A DNA stretch of 64,000 bases from Alphaproteobacteria bacterium (GCA_965232515.1 CBDDPY010000002.1:2208001-2272000); one strand, 5' to 3'; positions 1-10,592 are shown, numbered from the stretch's first letter. Notes: generated from the sequence alone by a model not told the origin. Translations and numbers: made by a program.

Positions 1-304
1 CCGCTTCCGGGGCCGGCCGGTTGCGCGGTCCCATGCCGTTGGTCGTCGCGACGCCGGCGACGTCGATATTGTCCTTGAGCGCGATTGGCACGCCGTCGAG
101 CGGACCGAGGCGCGCCGCCCGCGCGTCCGACTCGTCGGCCTGCGCCAATGCCGTCTCGGCCGTCACCGTGATGTAGGCGTTTACGTCGCCGTCGATGGCG
201 GCGATGCGGTCGAGGTAGGCCTGCGTCAGGGCGCGCGAGGTGATGTCGCCGGCGGCGAGCGCCGCCGCCGCCTCTCGGACGGTCAGGTCGGTCGGCTCGG
301 TCAT
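1..304 (-). CDS. Amidase signature family protein (5' part; runs off window)
   Basis: ATG at 304 overlaps stop of upstream gene; translates [38 protein letters not shown]...[18 protein letters not shown], the typical amidase/GatA N-terminus. Confidence 0.85.
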   Translation of the reverse strand, partial: MTEPTDLTVREAAAALAAGDITSRALTQAYLDRIAAIDGDVNAYITVTAETALAQADESDARAARLGPLDGVPIALKDNIDVAGVATTNGMGPRNRPAPEA

Positions 305-1692
305 GTGAAGCGGTTGTCGATCAGGCGGATCGGTTTCTGCCGCTGCTCGATCTGTGTCAGCGCCGCCGTCCCACCGGGGCCGACCAGCTCGACGCCCACT
401 TCGATGCCGATCCGCTGGCGCAGCAGGGCCGACAGCGATGCGAGCACGCCGTCATCGCCGACCGCCTGCTCGGTGACCTCGGCAACGACCGTCATCTCGT
501 CGCGGTCGCCGTCGCGCTCGACGCGGCAGACATACTCGCCGGTCGCGGCCGGGTGCTCGTCCAGATGCGCGCCGATGGAGGTCGGGTAGATGTTGATGCC
601 GCGCAGCTTGACCATGTTGTCGCTGCGGCCCTGGAAGCCGGCGATGCGGCGGAAGCCCAGTCCCAGCGACGACGGCGTCGTCAGCACGGCGGAGACATCG
701 TTGGTGTTGAAACGGACGATCGGATAGACCGTGTCCTTGAACAGCACGGTGTCGCACATGTTGCCGGCCTCGCCGTCGGCCAGCACGGCGTGGCTGTCGG
801 GGTGGATCACCTCCAGATAGTGCGCGTCCTCCCAGACGTAGAGGCCGTCCTGGTCGGGACCCTCGACGGCGATGGTGCCAGTGTCGCCGACGCCGTACCA
901 GTCGTAGATCTCGACGCCGCCCCAGGTCCCGGACATGGTCGACCGGCTCTCCTGGCCCAGATGGCCGCTGATCATGCGCAAGGGGATGTCGCGGCCCGGC
1001 TCGATGCCGTTCTCGCGCGCGACTTCGGCCAGCTTCTTGATGTAGTCGGCGAAGCCGACCAGCACCGTGACGCCGAACAGCCGCATCAGCTCGACCTGCT
1101 GGGCCGAGCGGGTCTCGAGCCCGGTGCCGGCCGACAGGAACAACGCCTTGGTGTAGCGCAGCACCGACTCGCGCACATAGTGGCCGCCGTTGACCATGCC
1201 GAAGCCGTAAACCGAGTGCACGACGTCGTCGGGGCGCAGGCCCTGGAACAGGTAGGCGCGGGCCAGCAAACGGTTCTGCACCTCACGATCCCAGGCGCCA
1301 AAGAACAGCGGCTGCGGCGTGCCCGTGGTGCCGCTGGTGGTGTGGAACACGACGTTGCGCCTGTTATCGCCGGCGGTCATGTCGAGGCCGTGATAGTCGC
1401 CGAACGGCGGATGCTCCTCGACGCTGCGCATCAGGTCCGACTTCGAGAACGGCGGCAGCTTGGCGATATCGTCGAGCCCCTTGATGTCGCCGGGCTCGAT
1501 GCCCTTGGCGCCCCAGTGCCGCTGGTAGAACGGCACCTGCCACGCGCGCTGCATGACGGCGCGGAAGCGTTGCTCCTGCAGGTCGCGTAACGCGTCACGG
1601 CTCAGTTTCGCCGGCCCATTCAGAAAGGCGTCGCCGACGGGATAGTCGCCGCGCAGCCGCGAAGGATCGGCCTCGTCGAAATAGTCGCTCAT
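301..1692 (-). CDS. Phenylacetate-CoA ligase (PaaK)-like acyl-CoA ligase
   Basis: AMP-binding [30 protein letters not shown]; PaaK-type C-terminus. Confidence 0.85.
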   Translation of the reverse strand: MSDYFDEADPSRLRGDYPVGDAFLNGPAKLSRDALRDLQEQRFRAVMQRAWQVPFYQRHWGAKGIEPGDIKGLDDIAKLPPFSKSDLMRSVEEHPPFGDYHGLDMTAGDNRRNVVFHTTSGTTGTPQPLFFGAWDREVQNRLLARAYLFQGLRPDDVVHSVYGFGMVNGGHYVRESVLRYTKALFLSAGTGLETRSAQQVELMRLFGVTVLVGFADYIKKLAEVARENGIEPGRDIPLRMISGHLGQESRSTMSGTWGGVEIYDWYGVGDTGTIAVEGPDQDGLYVWEDAHYLEVIHPDSHAVLADGEAGNMCDTVLFKDTVYPIVRFNTNDVSAVLTTPSSLGLGFRRIAGFQGRSDNMVKLRGINIYPTSIGAHLDEHPAATGEYVCRVERDGDRDEMTVVAEVTEQAVGDDGVLASLSALLRQRIGIEVGVELVGPGGTAALTQIEQRQKPIRLIDNRFT

Positions 1693-3053
1693 GCCGTCGC
1701 CACCGCCAGGTCGACCAACCGCGAGACGTCATCAACCGCTTCCAAATCGTCGACCAGCGCGATCATGCGCTCGACGGCAGCGTCCGCCAGCGGCGTTGCG
1801 CCGGCGCGGCAGTTGATGCGGAACTTGTCGAGATGCGCCTCGCGCGTCATCGGCTTCGCCGGATTGCCGTAGACCACATCGAGCGTGATGTCATGCTTGA
1901 CGCCGTCGCGCAGCGCCACCTCGACGCTGACTGGCGTCAGCGCGTTGTCGTCCGGATTGTCGTCGGCGATCACCTCGATCCGCCGACCCAGCGCCAGGCG
2001 TTCGGGATCGCGAATGGCCTCGGGCCGGAAGTCCTCGACGCCGACGGTGCCGCGCAGCAGCGCAACCGCCATCACGTACGGCGCGCTGAGGCGGGCGTAG
2101 TTCACGGCCATCTCGTCCTTGATCGGCCGGCCGACCAGGCGGTGTGTCAGCGGCGGCACGCGCGCTTCGATACGCTCGACATCGACGGCCGCGAAGCCAT
2201 GGGCGCGCTGCAGTTCCAACACGCCGTCGATGACACCGTGCGTCGCCCGGCCGCTCGGGAACGGCTTGTGCGCCACTTCCGCGATGCGCCAGACCTTACC
2301 CAGGTTCGGCAGGATGTCGCTCAGGTCGTAGTCGCCCTCGAACAGCGGATAGAAGCCGAACGGACCTTCCAGGATGTTCTGCGGCCCGACGAGACCCTGC
2401 GCGGCCATGTCGCAGGCGTAGATGGCGTTGCGCGCGTTGAAGCCGATCTGCATGCCGAGCAGCATCGAGCCCTCGGTATGCGCCTGCATGGTGCCGCAGC
2501 TCTGCGAATAGGTGACGCCGAAGGCGTTGACGAGCGTCGCCGCGTCGAAGCCCATCAGCTTGCCGATGGCGGCCGTGGCCGCAAAGCCGCCGGCCGTCGC
2601 CGGCCGGAAGAACTTGAGGCCGGCACGTGAGCCGACGCCGATATGACAGGCGACGTCGACGCCCAGCGCCAGCGCCGCGATCAACGCCTTGCCATCGACG
2701 CCACCGACGCGCTCGACATGCGCCATGGTCGCCGACAGCAGCACGGCCATGGGGTGGACCACGGCCTGCTCGTGCACGCAGTCGAACTCGGAATTGTGGA
2801 TCTGATAGGCGTTGCACATGGCGGCCGCCGGGGCCGGCAGGCGAGTGCCGCGCACCCAGACGCGCGCCTGCTCGCCGGCGCCCCAACCGCCCTGGCAGGC
2901 GACCAGTTCGCCCACCCAGGGCCCGGCGCTGCCGGCGATGCCAACGCCAAGGCTGTCCAGGAGAAAGGTCTTCGTCGCTTGGACGGCGTCGGCCGGCAGA
3001 TCGTCGTAGCCTGTGGCGGCGACATGTTCGGCGAACTTGACGATGGCATCCAT
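1689..3053 (-). CDS. MmgE/PrpD family protein
   Basis: EFDCVH...VHP, HKPFPSGRATH motifs; start placed at MDAIVKF (3053). Confidence 0.85.
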   Translation of the reverse strand: MDAIVKFAEHVAATGYDDLPADAVQATKTFLLDSLGVGIAGSAGPWVGELVACQGGWGAGEQARVWVRGTRLPAPAAAMCNAYQIHNSEFDCVHEQAVVHPMAVLLSATMAHVERVGGVDGKALIAALALGVDVACHIGVGSRAGLKFFRPATAGGFAATAAIGKLMGFDAATLVNAFGVTYSQSCGTMQAHTEGSMLLGMQIGFNARNAIYACDMAAQGLVGPQNILEGPFGFYPLFEGDYDLSDILPNLGKVWRIAEVAHKPFPSGRATHGVIDGVLELQRAHGFAAVDVERIEARVPPLTHRLVGRPIKDEMAVNYARLSAPYVMAVALLRGTVGVEDFRPEAIRDPERLALGRRIEVIADDNPDDNALTPVSVEVALRDGVKHDITLDVVYGNPAKPMTREAHLDKFRINCRAGATPLADAAVERMIALVDDLEAVDDVSRLVDLAVATA

Positions 3054-3066
3054 GGCGGCGTTCCGT

Positions 3067-4425
3067 TCAGGGCAGCAGGTTGACGACATCGTCAATGGCG
3101 CCGCCAGACGGCAGGGCGTCGACGGCGGCGATGATCGCTTCGATGCGGTCGGCGGCGAGACCGGCGGCCCGCATCAGCATGCGGGCCTTGTCCTGCACGG
3201 CCGCCGGCGAAATCGGATTGTCGGGATCGCCGAGGGCGTCGGGCGCATCCGACGTCAGCTCCCGACCGTCGGCGAGACGCACGGTGAGGCCGGCGCCATA
3301 GCGCGCGGGATAGGCGCCGGCGAAGGGCTCGGCCGTTTCCAACCGCACCTTGTCGCGCAGGGCGGCGACATCGGGCCGCGCCAATGCCGGCGGCTCGAAC
3401 GCCTCCAGCGGCGGCGGGCCGTCCAGCAGGACGATGGCGGCGCAGTGCTGCAGGCTGAACTTGGCTTCAAGCACCGTCGTCGGTTCGGGGTTGTCGCAAT
3501 AAGAGACCGCGTCGCCGTAGCTGCGCACCGTGATCGCCTCGATCGCCGCGACATCGACACTGTCGCGCAAGGCGAGCGCCGCATCGATGGTCGGATGCGC
3601 GTGCCGGCAGGCTGGCCAGGGCTTGAAGCTGGTGTCGGTGATCAGCCAGGGCCCATCCGCGTCGGCCAGCACGGCCTCCGGCGTTGGGTCGGGACACATG
3701 GCGGCATAGAAGCCGAGCTCGCCGTCCAGGATCTGTCTCGGCGCAGTGAAGCCGAGCGCCGCCAGGTCGGCGGCCGCCAGACCGGCCTGCGCCGCAGCCG
3801 CGGTGTGCAGCTGCTTGGACATGGCGCCTTCGAGGCGACACTGCCAGGGACCGCTCGCCTGCGTGCCGGCGTGGCCCAGCGCCATCACCGTGGCGGACCG
3901 GTCGAGACAGAGCAGCGACGCGGCGGCCGCCGCCGCCCCGAACGGCCCGCAGGTCGAGGTGTTGTGCCAATGCCGGTAGTGCCCCCGCCCGACCGAGCGC
4001 CCGACCCGGATCACCGCGTCGTAGCCGCGCACCACAGAGTCGAGGAAATCGTCCGGCGAAGCGTTCAGCCGCTGCGCCAGGGCCAGCGCCGCCGGCACAA
4101 CCACCGGCCCCGGATGCAGGATCGAGGTGCGGTGGATGTCATCCATCTCCAGCACGTTGCCGTAGGCGCCGTTGACGAAGGCCGCGCCGGCGGCATCGCG
4201 CCGACCGACCCCGATGGCGTGGCAGGGACCGCCGCCCAGATTCCGACCGTAGCGGGCGACGATTCGACCGGCCGGGCTCTCCGCGCCGAGGACAGCGCAT
4301 CCGATCCAGTCCAGCACATGCAGGGCCGCGCGGGCGCGGATCTCGGGCTCGACTGGGCGGGCAAGCAGATCCGCCAGCCCTTCGGTCAGGCTGAGCGCCT
4401 CGTTTCGGCTTGATTTTGGCGCCAT
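3067..4425 (-). CDS. MmgE/PrpD family protein (second paralog)
   Basis: LEMDDIHRTSILHPG, WHNTSTCG, FKPWPACRHAH, AKFSLQ; start uncertain (ATG 4425). Confidence 0.85.
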   Translation of the reverse strand: MAPKSSRNEALSLTEGLADLLARPVEPEIRARAALHVLDWIGCAVLGAESPAGRIVARYGRNLGGGPCHAIGVGRRDAAGAAFVNGAYGNVLEMDDIHRTSILHPGPVVVPAALALAQRLNASPDDFLDSVVRGYDAVIRVGRSVGRGHYRHWHNTSTCGPFGAAAAAASLLCLDRSATVMALGHAGTQASGPWQCRLEGAMSKQLHTAAAAQAGLAAADLAALGFTAPRQILDGELGFYAAMCPDPTPEAVLADADGPWLITDTSFKPWPACRHAHPTIDAALALRDSVDVAAIEAITVRSYGDAVSYCDNPEPTTVLEAKFSLQHCAAIVLLDGPPPLEAFEPPALARPDVAALRDKVRLETAEPFAGAYPARYGAGLTVRLADGRELTSDAPDALGDPDNPISPAAVQDKARMLMRAAGLAADRIEAIIAAVDALPSGGAIDDVVNLLP

Positions 4426-4490
4426 TGCCGCGCTGGTTGACACCGGCCGCCGCCTCCCCGCTCGCCGTGATCGTTCCGGGACATCGGTTG

Positions 4491-4512
4491 AAAATTTGTC
4501 CGGACATATTTT
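4491..4512. promoter_or_regulatory. Palindromic operator copy 1 (AAAATTTGTCCGGACATATTTT) overlapping a minus-strand extended -10 (TGcTAAAAT; hexamer 4508-4513)
   Basis: 22-bp near-perfect palindrome in a divergent intergenic region; same core recurs four more times. Confidence 0.75.
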
Positions 4513-4573
4513 AGCATGGCGCCGGGCCAGGACAACGCTAAGCTGGCCGCCGTCGGGGTATTCGGATGAATAG

Positions 4574-5863
4574 ATGACGCAGAAAATCAACGCTGACGAG
4601 TTCCCGGGTTTGTTGCGGCCCGGTATGACGGTTTTCGTCCAGGGCGCGACGGGCGAGCCGACGACGTTGATGGCCGCGCTGGCCGAGGCGCCCGAGGCCA
4701 GCAACGCCGTACATTACCTCGCCTGCCTGCTGCCCGGCGTCAATCGGATGGATCCGGCCAGTTTTCACCCCAACGCGCGATTGACGACCTTCTTCGTTTA
4801 TCCCGACATCGAAGCATCCTATGACGCCGGCAAGGTGCGCTTCCTGCCGCTGCACTATAGCGGCGTCTACGACTATCTTGCCCGGCAGGACCCGGTCGAC
4901 GCGGCGCTGATCCAGGTCGCGCCGCCCGACGCCGAGGGCAATTGCAGCCTGGGGCCGAGTGTTGATTTCGCGACCGCGCTGATCGGCAACGCCCGCCTGC
5001 TGGTCGCCGAGGTCAACCATGCCATGCCGTCGCCGCCGGGTGCACCGACCGTGCCCTATGCGCGCCTCGACTATGCCGTCGAAACCGACCGGCCGCTGAT
5101 CGCGCTCGAGACCGGCGAGGTCTCCGGCCCGGTGGAAGCTGTCGGCCGCCACGTCGCCGGATTGATCGAGGACGGCGACACCATTCAGATTGGCATCGGC
5201 AAGCTGCCGGCGGCGATCCTTTCGCAGCTGCACGACAAGCGGAACCTGGGCCTGCACGGCGGCATGATCGCCGACGAGGTGGCCGACCTGGTCGACGGCG
5301 GCAGCCTGACCGGCGCGGCGAAGACCATCGACACCGGGGTCATGGTCTGCGGCGCGGCGCTCGGCAGCCGGCGCCTCTACGACTGGGTGGCAAAGCGCGA
5401 CGATCTGCAGTTCCGGCCGGCGAGCTACACGCACAACGTCTCGGTGATCGCCGGGATCGACAACTTCGTCTCGATCAATTCGGTGCTGGAGCTGGACCTG
5501 ACGGGCCAAGCCAACGCCGAGACCGTTCGCGGCCGCCAGATCAGCGGCACGGGCGGCCTGGTCGATTTCGTGCGCGGCGCGCGCATGTCGAAGAACGGCC
5601 GCTCGATCCTGGCGCTGCTGTCGACCGCCGGCAACGGCAAAATCTCCCGCATCGAGCCGCAGCTGGGCGAAGCGGCCGTGGTGAGCTGCCTGCGGGCCGA
5701 TATCGATTATGTCGTCACGGAGCACGGCGTCGCCCACTTGCGGGACAAGTCGCTCGATGAACGCGCCGCGGCCCTGGTCGCGATCGCCGACCCGCGGTTC
5801 CGCAAGCGCCTGACCGCCGATTGGCAAAAGTTGCGCGGCCGACGGTTGCCGGCGGCGGACTGA
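4574..5863 (+). CDS. Acetyl-CoA hydrolase/transferase family (4-hydroxybutyrate CoA-transferase/RipA-like)
   Basis: DGDTIQIGIG, SINSVLELDLTGQANAE, GGLVDFVRGA, YVVTEHGVA motifs. Confidence 0.9.
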   Translation: MTQKINADEFPGLLRPGMTVFVQGATGEPTTLMAALAEAPEASNAVHYLACLLPGVNRMDPASFHPNARLTTFFVYPDIEASYDAGKVRFLPLHYSGVYDYLARQDPVDAALIQVAPPDAEGNCSLGPSVDFATALIGNARLLVAEVNHAMPSPPGAPTVPYARLDYAVETDRPLIALETGEVSGPVEAVGRHVAGLIEDGDTIQIGIGKLPAAILSQLHDKRNLGLHGGMIADEVADLVDGGSLTGAAKTIDTGVMVCGAALGSRRLYDWVAKRDDLQFRPASYTHNVSVIAGIDNFVSINSVLELDLTGQANAETVRGRQISGTGGLVDFVRGARMSKNGRSILALLSTAGNGKISRIEPQLGEAAVVSCLRADIDYVVTEHGVAHLRDKSLDERAAALVAIADPRFRKRLTADWQKLRGRRLPAAD

Positions 5864-5869
5864 CCGGCG

Positions 5870-6628
5870 ATGGCACAGACCGCCCGCAGTTCCAACCAGC
5901 CGCGCTACGTCGAGGTCGCGCGCCGGCTGCAGCAGGAGATCGCCGATGGCAAGCATCCCGTCGGGGCGTTGCTGCCGACCGAGACGGAGCTCTGCGAAAG
6001 CTTCGGCGTCAGCCGGTTCACGGTGCGCGAAGCCCTGCGCAGCCTGCGCGAGCTCGGCCTCGTTACGCGCCGACAGGGCTCGGGCACGCAGGTCATCGCG
6101 GCCGACAGCCAGAGCACGTTTTCGCAGTCGCTGGCCTCGATCACTGACGTTCTGCAATACGCCCGCGACACCTATCTGGAACTGGACGACGGGTCCCGGA
6201 CCACGGCCAAGGGCGAACTGGCGCGCCTGCTCGGCTGCGCCACCGGCCGGACCTGGCTGCGCTTCAGCGGCCTGCGCCGGTCCGGCGTCGACGGCGACCC
6301 GATCTGCCTGACCGACGTCTATATCGATCCCGATTTCGGCGGCGTCGCCTCCCGCATCGGCACGCAGTCCGGCGCTATCTACGAGCTGATCGAAGAGGAC
6401 TACGGCATCCGGTTTTCCGAGATCCTGCAGGAAATGTCGGCTGTCGTTCTCACCGACAGCCAAGCCGAGGCCCTGGACGCCGAGCCCGGTTCGCCCGCGC
6501 TTCGCATCGTCCGCCGCTATCTGGTCCCCGCCGGCAAGGCGCTTGAAGTCACGGTCAGCATCCACCCCGCCGACCGCTACAGCTACAGCATGCACATCCG
6601 CCGCGACAGCGGCGAGGGCCCGGCTTAG
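5870..6628 (+). CDS. GntR family regulator, HutC subfamily (UTRA domain)
   Basis: LPTETELCESFGVSRFTVREAL wHTH; C-terminal PGSPALRIVRRY...HPADRYSY UTRA. Confidence 0.92.
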   Translation: MAQTARSSNQPRYVEVARRLQQEIADGKHPVGALLPTETELCESFGVSRFTVREALRSLRELGLVTRRQGSGTQVIAADSQSTFSQSLASITDVLQYARDTYLELDDGSRTTAKGELARLLGCATGRTWLRFSGLRRSGVDGDPICLTDVYIDPDFGGVASRIGTQSGAIYELIEEDYGIRFSEILQEMSAVVLTDSQAEALDAEPGSPALRIVRRYLVPAGKALEVTVSIHPADRYSYSMHIRRDSGEGPA

Positions 6629-6637
6629 CCCACGGCG

Positions 6638-7798
6638 TCAGAAAACGCCGTCCCGTTTCATGCTCGCCACCTCTTCGGCGTCGTAGCCGAGCTGCCGCAG
6701 CACATCCTCTGTGTGCTGCCCACGGTCGGGAAGGTCGAAACTCACCTGCCCCGGCTCGTCGCGGTACTTCACTGGGATGCCGATATGTTCCCAGCCGCGC
6801 GCGTCCTCCAGCACCATCTCCCGCGCGCGGACCTGCGGATCGTCGAGACCTTCGCGCAAGGTCTTCACCGGCGCGAAGCACACATCCTTGCCCTCGAACC
6901 AGTCGACCCATTCGGCCTGGGTCTTGGTGCGAAAGGTCTCGTCGAAAAATGCCTTCACCGGGTCCTGCCCCGGGCCCGGCGGCAGGGCGCAGAGCTCGAC
7001 CAGATCGGGCCGACCCAGCGCGGTCAGCAGATTGTGCGCGAACTTGATCTCGGAACCGCCCAGCACGATCCACTTCGCATCCTTGGTTTCATACAGGCGA
7101 TACATGGCGTTGCCGCCCCAGGAACGCTCGTCCTTCGGCACCGGCGCGCGTTTCTCGGCCATGGGCGGGCCGTAATTGTTCGGCATGCAGGCCAACAGCG
7201 AATCCATCATGGCGACGTCGATGTAATCGCCCCTGCCGGTCTGCTGCCGTCGCAACAGCGCCATCAGCACGCCGCTCAGCGCAATGGTCGATGACAGCAT
7301 GTCGGCGTTGGCGATCGCCGGCAGCCATGGTTTGTCGTCCTGACCCAGATTGACACTGAGGATTCCCGCCATGGCCTCGGTCGCGGCGTCGTGCGCCGGC
7401 TTCTGCACATAGGGTCCGGTCTGGCCGAAGGCCGAGATCGAGGCATAGACAATGTGCGGCGCCCGTACGGAAACGGCGTCATAGCCGACGCCAAGCCGGT
7501 CGACGACGCCCGGCCGGAACGCCTCGATCATCACATCGCAGGTCTCGGCCAGGCGCAGCAACGCTTCGCGGCCCGCATCCGTCTTCAAATTCAGGCTGAT
7601 GCTCTTCTTGCCACGGTGGGTGTTCGCGAAGAAGACGCTGACACCGTCGCGTGTCAGGCCGATCTCGCGATTCGGCTCGCCGTGCGGCAACGGCTCCAAT
7701 TTGATCACCTCGGCGCCGTGATCGGCCATCATTTGCGTCAGCAGCGGGCCCGGCAGGAAAAGCGACAGATCGAGAACGCGAATGCCGTCAAGTTTCAA
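6638..7798 (-). CDS. CaiB/BaiF family III CoA-transferase
   Basis: LDGIRVLDLS..LPGP, GKKSISLNLK, EAFRPGVVDRLG; TTG start. Confidence 0.9.
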   Translation of the reverse strand: MKLDGIRVLDLSLFLPGPLLTQMMADHGAEVIKLEPLPHGEPNREIGLTRDGVSVFFANTHRGKKSISLNLKTDAGREALLRLAETCDVMIEAFRPGVVDRLGVGYDAVSVRAPHIVYASISAFGQTGPYVQKPAHDAATEAMAGILSVNLGQDDKPWLPAIANADMLSSTIALSGVLMALLRRQQTGRGDYIDVAMMDSLLACMPNNYGPPMAEKRAPVPKDERSWGGNAMYRLYETKDAKWIVLGGSEIKFAHNLLTALGRPDLVELCALPPGPGQDPVKAFFDETFRTKTQAEWVDWFEGKDVCFAPVKTLREGLDDPQVRAREMVLEDARGWEHIGIPVKYRDEPGQVSFDLPDRGQHTEDVLRQLGYDAEEVASMKRDGVF

Positions 7799-7934
7799 GA
7801 GTCAGCCCTCCGATAAGACCGAAAGCGGTTATGTGATTCGCGTCCGTCCGTTTGGAAAAAAATCAAGATATAGTATGCTGAACTGATTCGTATCGTAGGT
7901 TCTGTATCTTGTTGCATCGGACCGTGCTCTTGGC

Positions 7935-7953
7935 TTAGTTCTTGCTTAACCAT
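7935..7953 (+). promoter_or_regulatory. CtrA-like box TTAG-N7-TTAAC(CAT)
   Basis: One mismatch to TTAA-N7-TTAAC in an AT-rich intergenic stretch; GANTC sites nearby. Confidence 0.35.
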
Positions 7954-8024
7954 AACCCCGAAAAGGGGCATGACAGGGAACGTTCCAGAAGGGGACATAG
8001 GCATCTCAGAATGGGTGAGCTGTA

Positions 8025-8213
8025 ATGTCGCGCTCAGGCTTGTTGGACGCCACCATTGCCGAACTGGGGCGGCTGTTGGCGTTGCATCCGGATGAATCGG
8101 GAGAGCGTATCCTGAAGCGGCTGCGGGCCGCGCGGGACAACCGGTTCGACGATCCGGCATTTTCGTTCGAAGACGTCCTGGACGGTTCATCGTCGCCGCT
8201 GCCTGGCGAGTAA
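8025..8213 (+). CDS. Small hypothetical protein (62 aa)
   Basis: Fills the gap between two minus-strand genes; amphipathic-helix-like sequence; weak RBS. Confidence 0.45.
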   Translation: MSRSGLLDATIAELGRLLALHPDESGERILKRLRAARDNRFDDPAFSFEDVLDGSSSPLPGE

Positions 8214-8226
8214 GGCGCGGGCGCCG

Positions 8227-9411
8227 TCAAACGACGTTGGTTCGGCGCAGCTCGTCGATTCCGTCCGCGTCGTAGCCCAACTCGTCGAGCAGGTCGTCGG
8301 TATGTTGGCCGAGTTTCGGCGCCGGCCGATTTGGAATCTCGTCACCGACACGCAACGGATTGGCCAGCAGGCGCATCTCCGGTTTGTCGGGATGCGGCAC
8401 ATCCTGAATGCCGTTGCGTTCGGACAGGAATGGATTGTCCAGCGCTTGGGCCAGATCGTAGACCGGCGCGCAGGGCACGACGCCGCCCAGGATCTCCATC
8501 CACGCCTCCGTGGTCTTGCCGCTCAGGATGTTGTCCAGCACCTCGGTCAGGTTGTCGCGATTCTCGGCCCGCTCGGCATAACCCTTGTAGGCCGGATCGT
8601 CGATCAACTCCGGATGGCCAATGCCCCGGCATAGCGCTTCCCAGAATTTCTGCGTCTGGCACATCAGGAAGATCCAGCCGTCGCCCGTCCGGTAGAGCTG
8701 CGACGGCACGATGTAGGGATGGCCCGAGCGCGGCACCCGGCCGGTCACCAGACCCGAGTTCAGATACCAAGCCGCCGGATAGCTCAGCTGATGCATAGCG
8801 ACGTCATAGAGGCTGGTATCGACGTCGCGGCCGACGCCGGTCTCGCGCGCGGCGACGATGGCGCTGACCAGCCCGAACGCCGTCGTCATGCCCGTCATGA
8901 AATCGACCATCGACAGCCCGAACCGCGCCGGCGGCGAATTCGTCTCGCCGGTCAACGACAGGAAACCTGCTTCGGCCTGCAGCAGGTAGTCGTAGCCCGG
9001 CCAGGACTTGCGGCTGCCCTCCCGGCCATAGGCCGAAAGGTGGGCGCAGACAATCTTCGGGTTGTGCGCTTTCAGGTCGTCGTAGGTCAGCCCGAGCTTC
9101 TCCGGCTGATCCCCACGAAGGTTGCCCATCAGACCGTCCGCGGTCGCGACCAGCTTTTGAAATATCTCGCGGCCGGCCGCGCTCTTCAGGTCCAGCGTCA
9201 GCGACTTCTTGTTGCGGTTCATCGACTGGAAGAACTCGCTGTCGTTCTCGCCCAGGAAATACGGGCCGACGCTGCGGCTCATGTCGCCGCCGGTCTTCCG
9301 GTTCTCGATCTTGATTACTTCGGCGCCCATGTCGGCCAGATGGCAACTGCCATAGGGGCCGGCGCCGTACTGCTCGACGGCGATGATCCGCAGACCGTTC
9401 AGCGGCAGCAT
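8227..9411 (-). CDS. CaiB/BaiF family III CoA-transferase
   Basis: PLNGLRII, NRNKKSLTLDLK, PGYDYLLQAEAG; ATG 9411 overlaps upstream stop (TGATG). Confidence 0.9.
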   Translation of the reverse strand: MLPLNGLRIIAVEQYGAGPYGSCHLADMGAEVIKIENRKTGGDMSRSVGPYFLGENDSEFFQSMNRNKKSLTLDLKSAAGREIFQKLVATADGLMGNLRGDQPEKLGLTYDDLKAHNPKIVCAHLSAYGREGSRKSWPGYDYLLQAEAGFLSLTGETNSPPARFGLSMVDFMTGMTTAFGLVSAIVAARETGVGRDVDTSLYDVAMHQLSYPAAWYLNSGLVTGRVPRSGHPYIVPSQLYRTGDGWIFLMCQTQKFWEALCRGIGHPELIDDPAYKGYAERAENRDNLTEVLDNILSGKTTEAWMEILGGVVPCAPVYDLAQALDNPFLSERNGIQDVPHPDKPEMRLLANPLRVGDEIPNRPAPKLGQHTDDLLDELGYDADGIDELRRTNVV

Positions 9412-10592
9412 CAGACGGGGTTCCGCTCGACCAGCTGCTTGGCGATGATGATGCGCTGGATCTCGTTGGTGCCCTCGCCAATGCACATCAGCGGCGCGTC
9501 GCGGAAATAGCGCTCGATGGCGAACTCCTTGGAATAGCCGTAGCCGCCATGGATGCGCATGGCTTCCATGCTGTTCTCGACGGCGGCTTCCGAGGCGAAC
9601 AGCTTGGCCATCCCGGCCTCCATGTCGCAGCGCTCGCCACGGTCATAGGCGCCGGCCGCCTGCTCGACCAGCAGCCGCGCCGCCTCGCAGCGCGTCGCCA
9701 TGTCGCCCAGCTTGAGCTGGATGGCCTGATGCTGGCAGATCGGCTTGCCCATGGTCTTGCGGATCTGCGAGTAGGCGACGGAGTCCTTCAGTGCGGCATT
9801 GGCGAGGCCGACGCCGCGGGCGGCGACATTGATGCGGCCGAGTTCCAATCCGCCGACGGCGTGGTGGAAACCGCGCCCCTCCTCGCCGCCGATCAAGCGA
9901 TCGGCCGGCACGCGGTAGTCCTCGAAGATCAGCTCGGCCGAGTCGATGCCCTTGTAGCCGAGCTTCTCGAGCTTGCGGCTGACCCGGAAGCCCGGGCCCT
10001 TTTCGGCCAGGAACATGGTCATGCCCTTGTGCCGCGGCTGCACCTCGGTGTCCGTCTTGACGAGGAGCGCGAAGCAGGAGCCCTCGATGCCGTTCGAGAT
10101 CCAAGTCTTGGTCCCGTTGATCACGTAGTCGTCGCCGTCGCGTACCGCCTTGGTCCGGATCGCCTGCAGGTCGGTGCCGCAGTCCGGCTCGGTCAGCGCC
10201 AGACCGCCGCGCATCTCGCCGGCGGCGAAACGCGGCAGGAACGCCCGTTTCTGTTGTTCGGTGCCGAAGCGCTGCACGGCCGCCGCCATGATCAGGTGCG
10301 AGTTGAAGATGCCGGTCAGCGACATCCAGACTTCCGAGATCGTGGTGACGATCTTGGCATAGGTGGACGCCGGCAAACCGAGGCCGCCATATTCCGGATC
10401 GATGGTCGCGCCGAACAGGCCGAGCTCCTTCATCTGCGCGACCATCTCGTGCGGGTACTCGTCCTTGTGCTCGAGCTCCATCACGTAAGGCTTCACGTCG
10501 CGCTCGAGCCACTTGGCGATGGCGTCCAGGATCTGCGCCTCTTCCTGCGGATCGAAGCCGCCGGCCTGCGTGTCGATGACGTCGGTGCTCAT
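9411..10592 (-). CDS. Acyl-CoA dehydrogenase
   Basis: LALTEPDCGTD, INGTKTWISNG, IHGGYGY, IGEGTNEIQR. Confidence 0.95.
   Translation of the reverse strand: MSTDVIDTQAGGFDPQEEAQILDAIAKWLERDVKPYVMELEHKDEYPHEMVAQMKELGLFGATIDPEYGGLGLPASTYAKIVTTISEVWMSLTGIFNSHLIMAAAVQRFGTEQQKRAFLPRFAAGEMRGGLALTEPDCGTDLQAIRTKAVRDGDDYVINGTKTWISNGIEGSCFALLVKTDTEVQPRHKGMTMFLAEKGPGFRVSRKLEKLGYKGIDSAELIFEDYRVPADRLIGGEEGRGFHHAVGGLELGRINVAARGVGLANAALKDSVAYSQIRKTMGKPICQHQAIQLKLGDMATRCEAARLLVEQAAGAYDRGERCDMEAGMAKLFASEAAVENSMEAMRIHGGYGYSKEFAIERYFRDAPLMCIGEGTNEIQRIIIAKQLVERNPV

Noticed and set aside
4538-6595. 685-aa minus-strand ORF
   Set aside because: Antisense shadow of the CoA transferase and GntR genes
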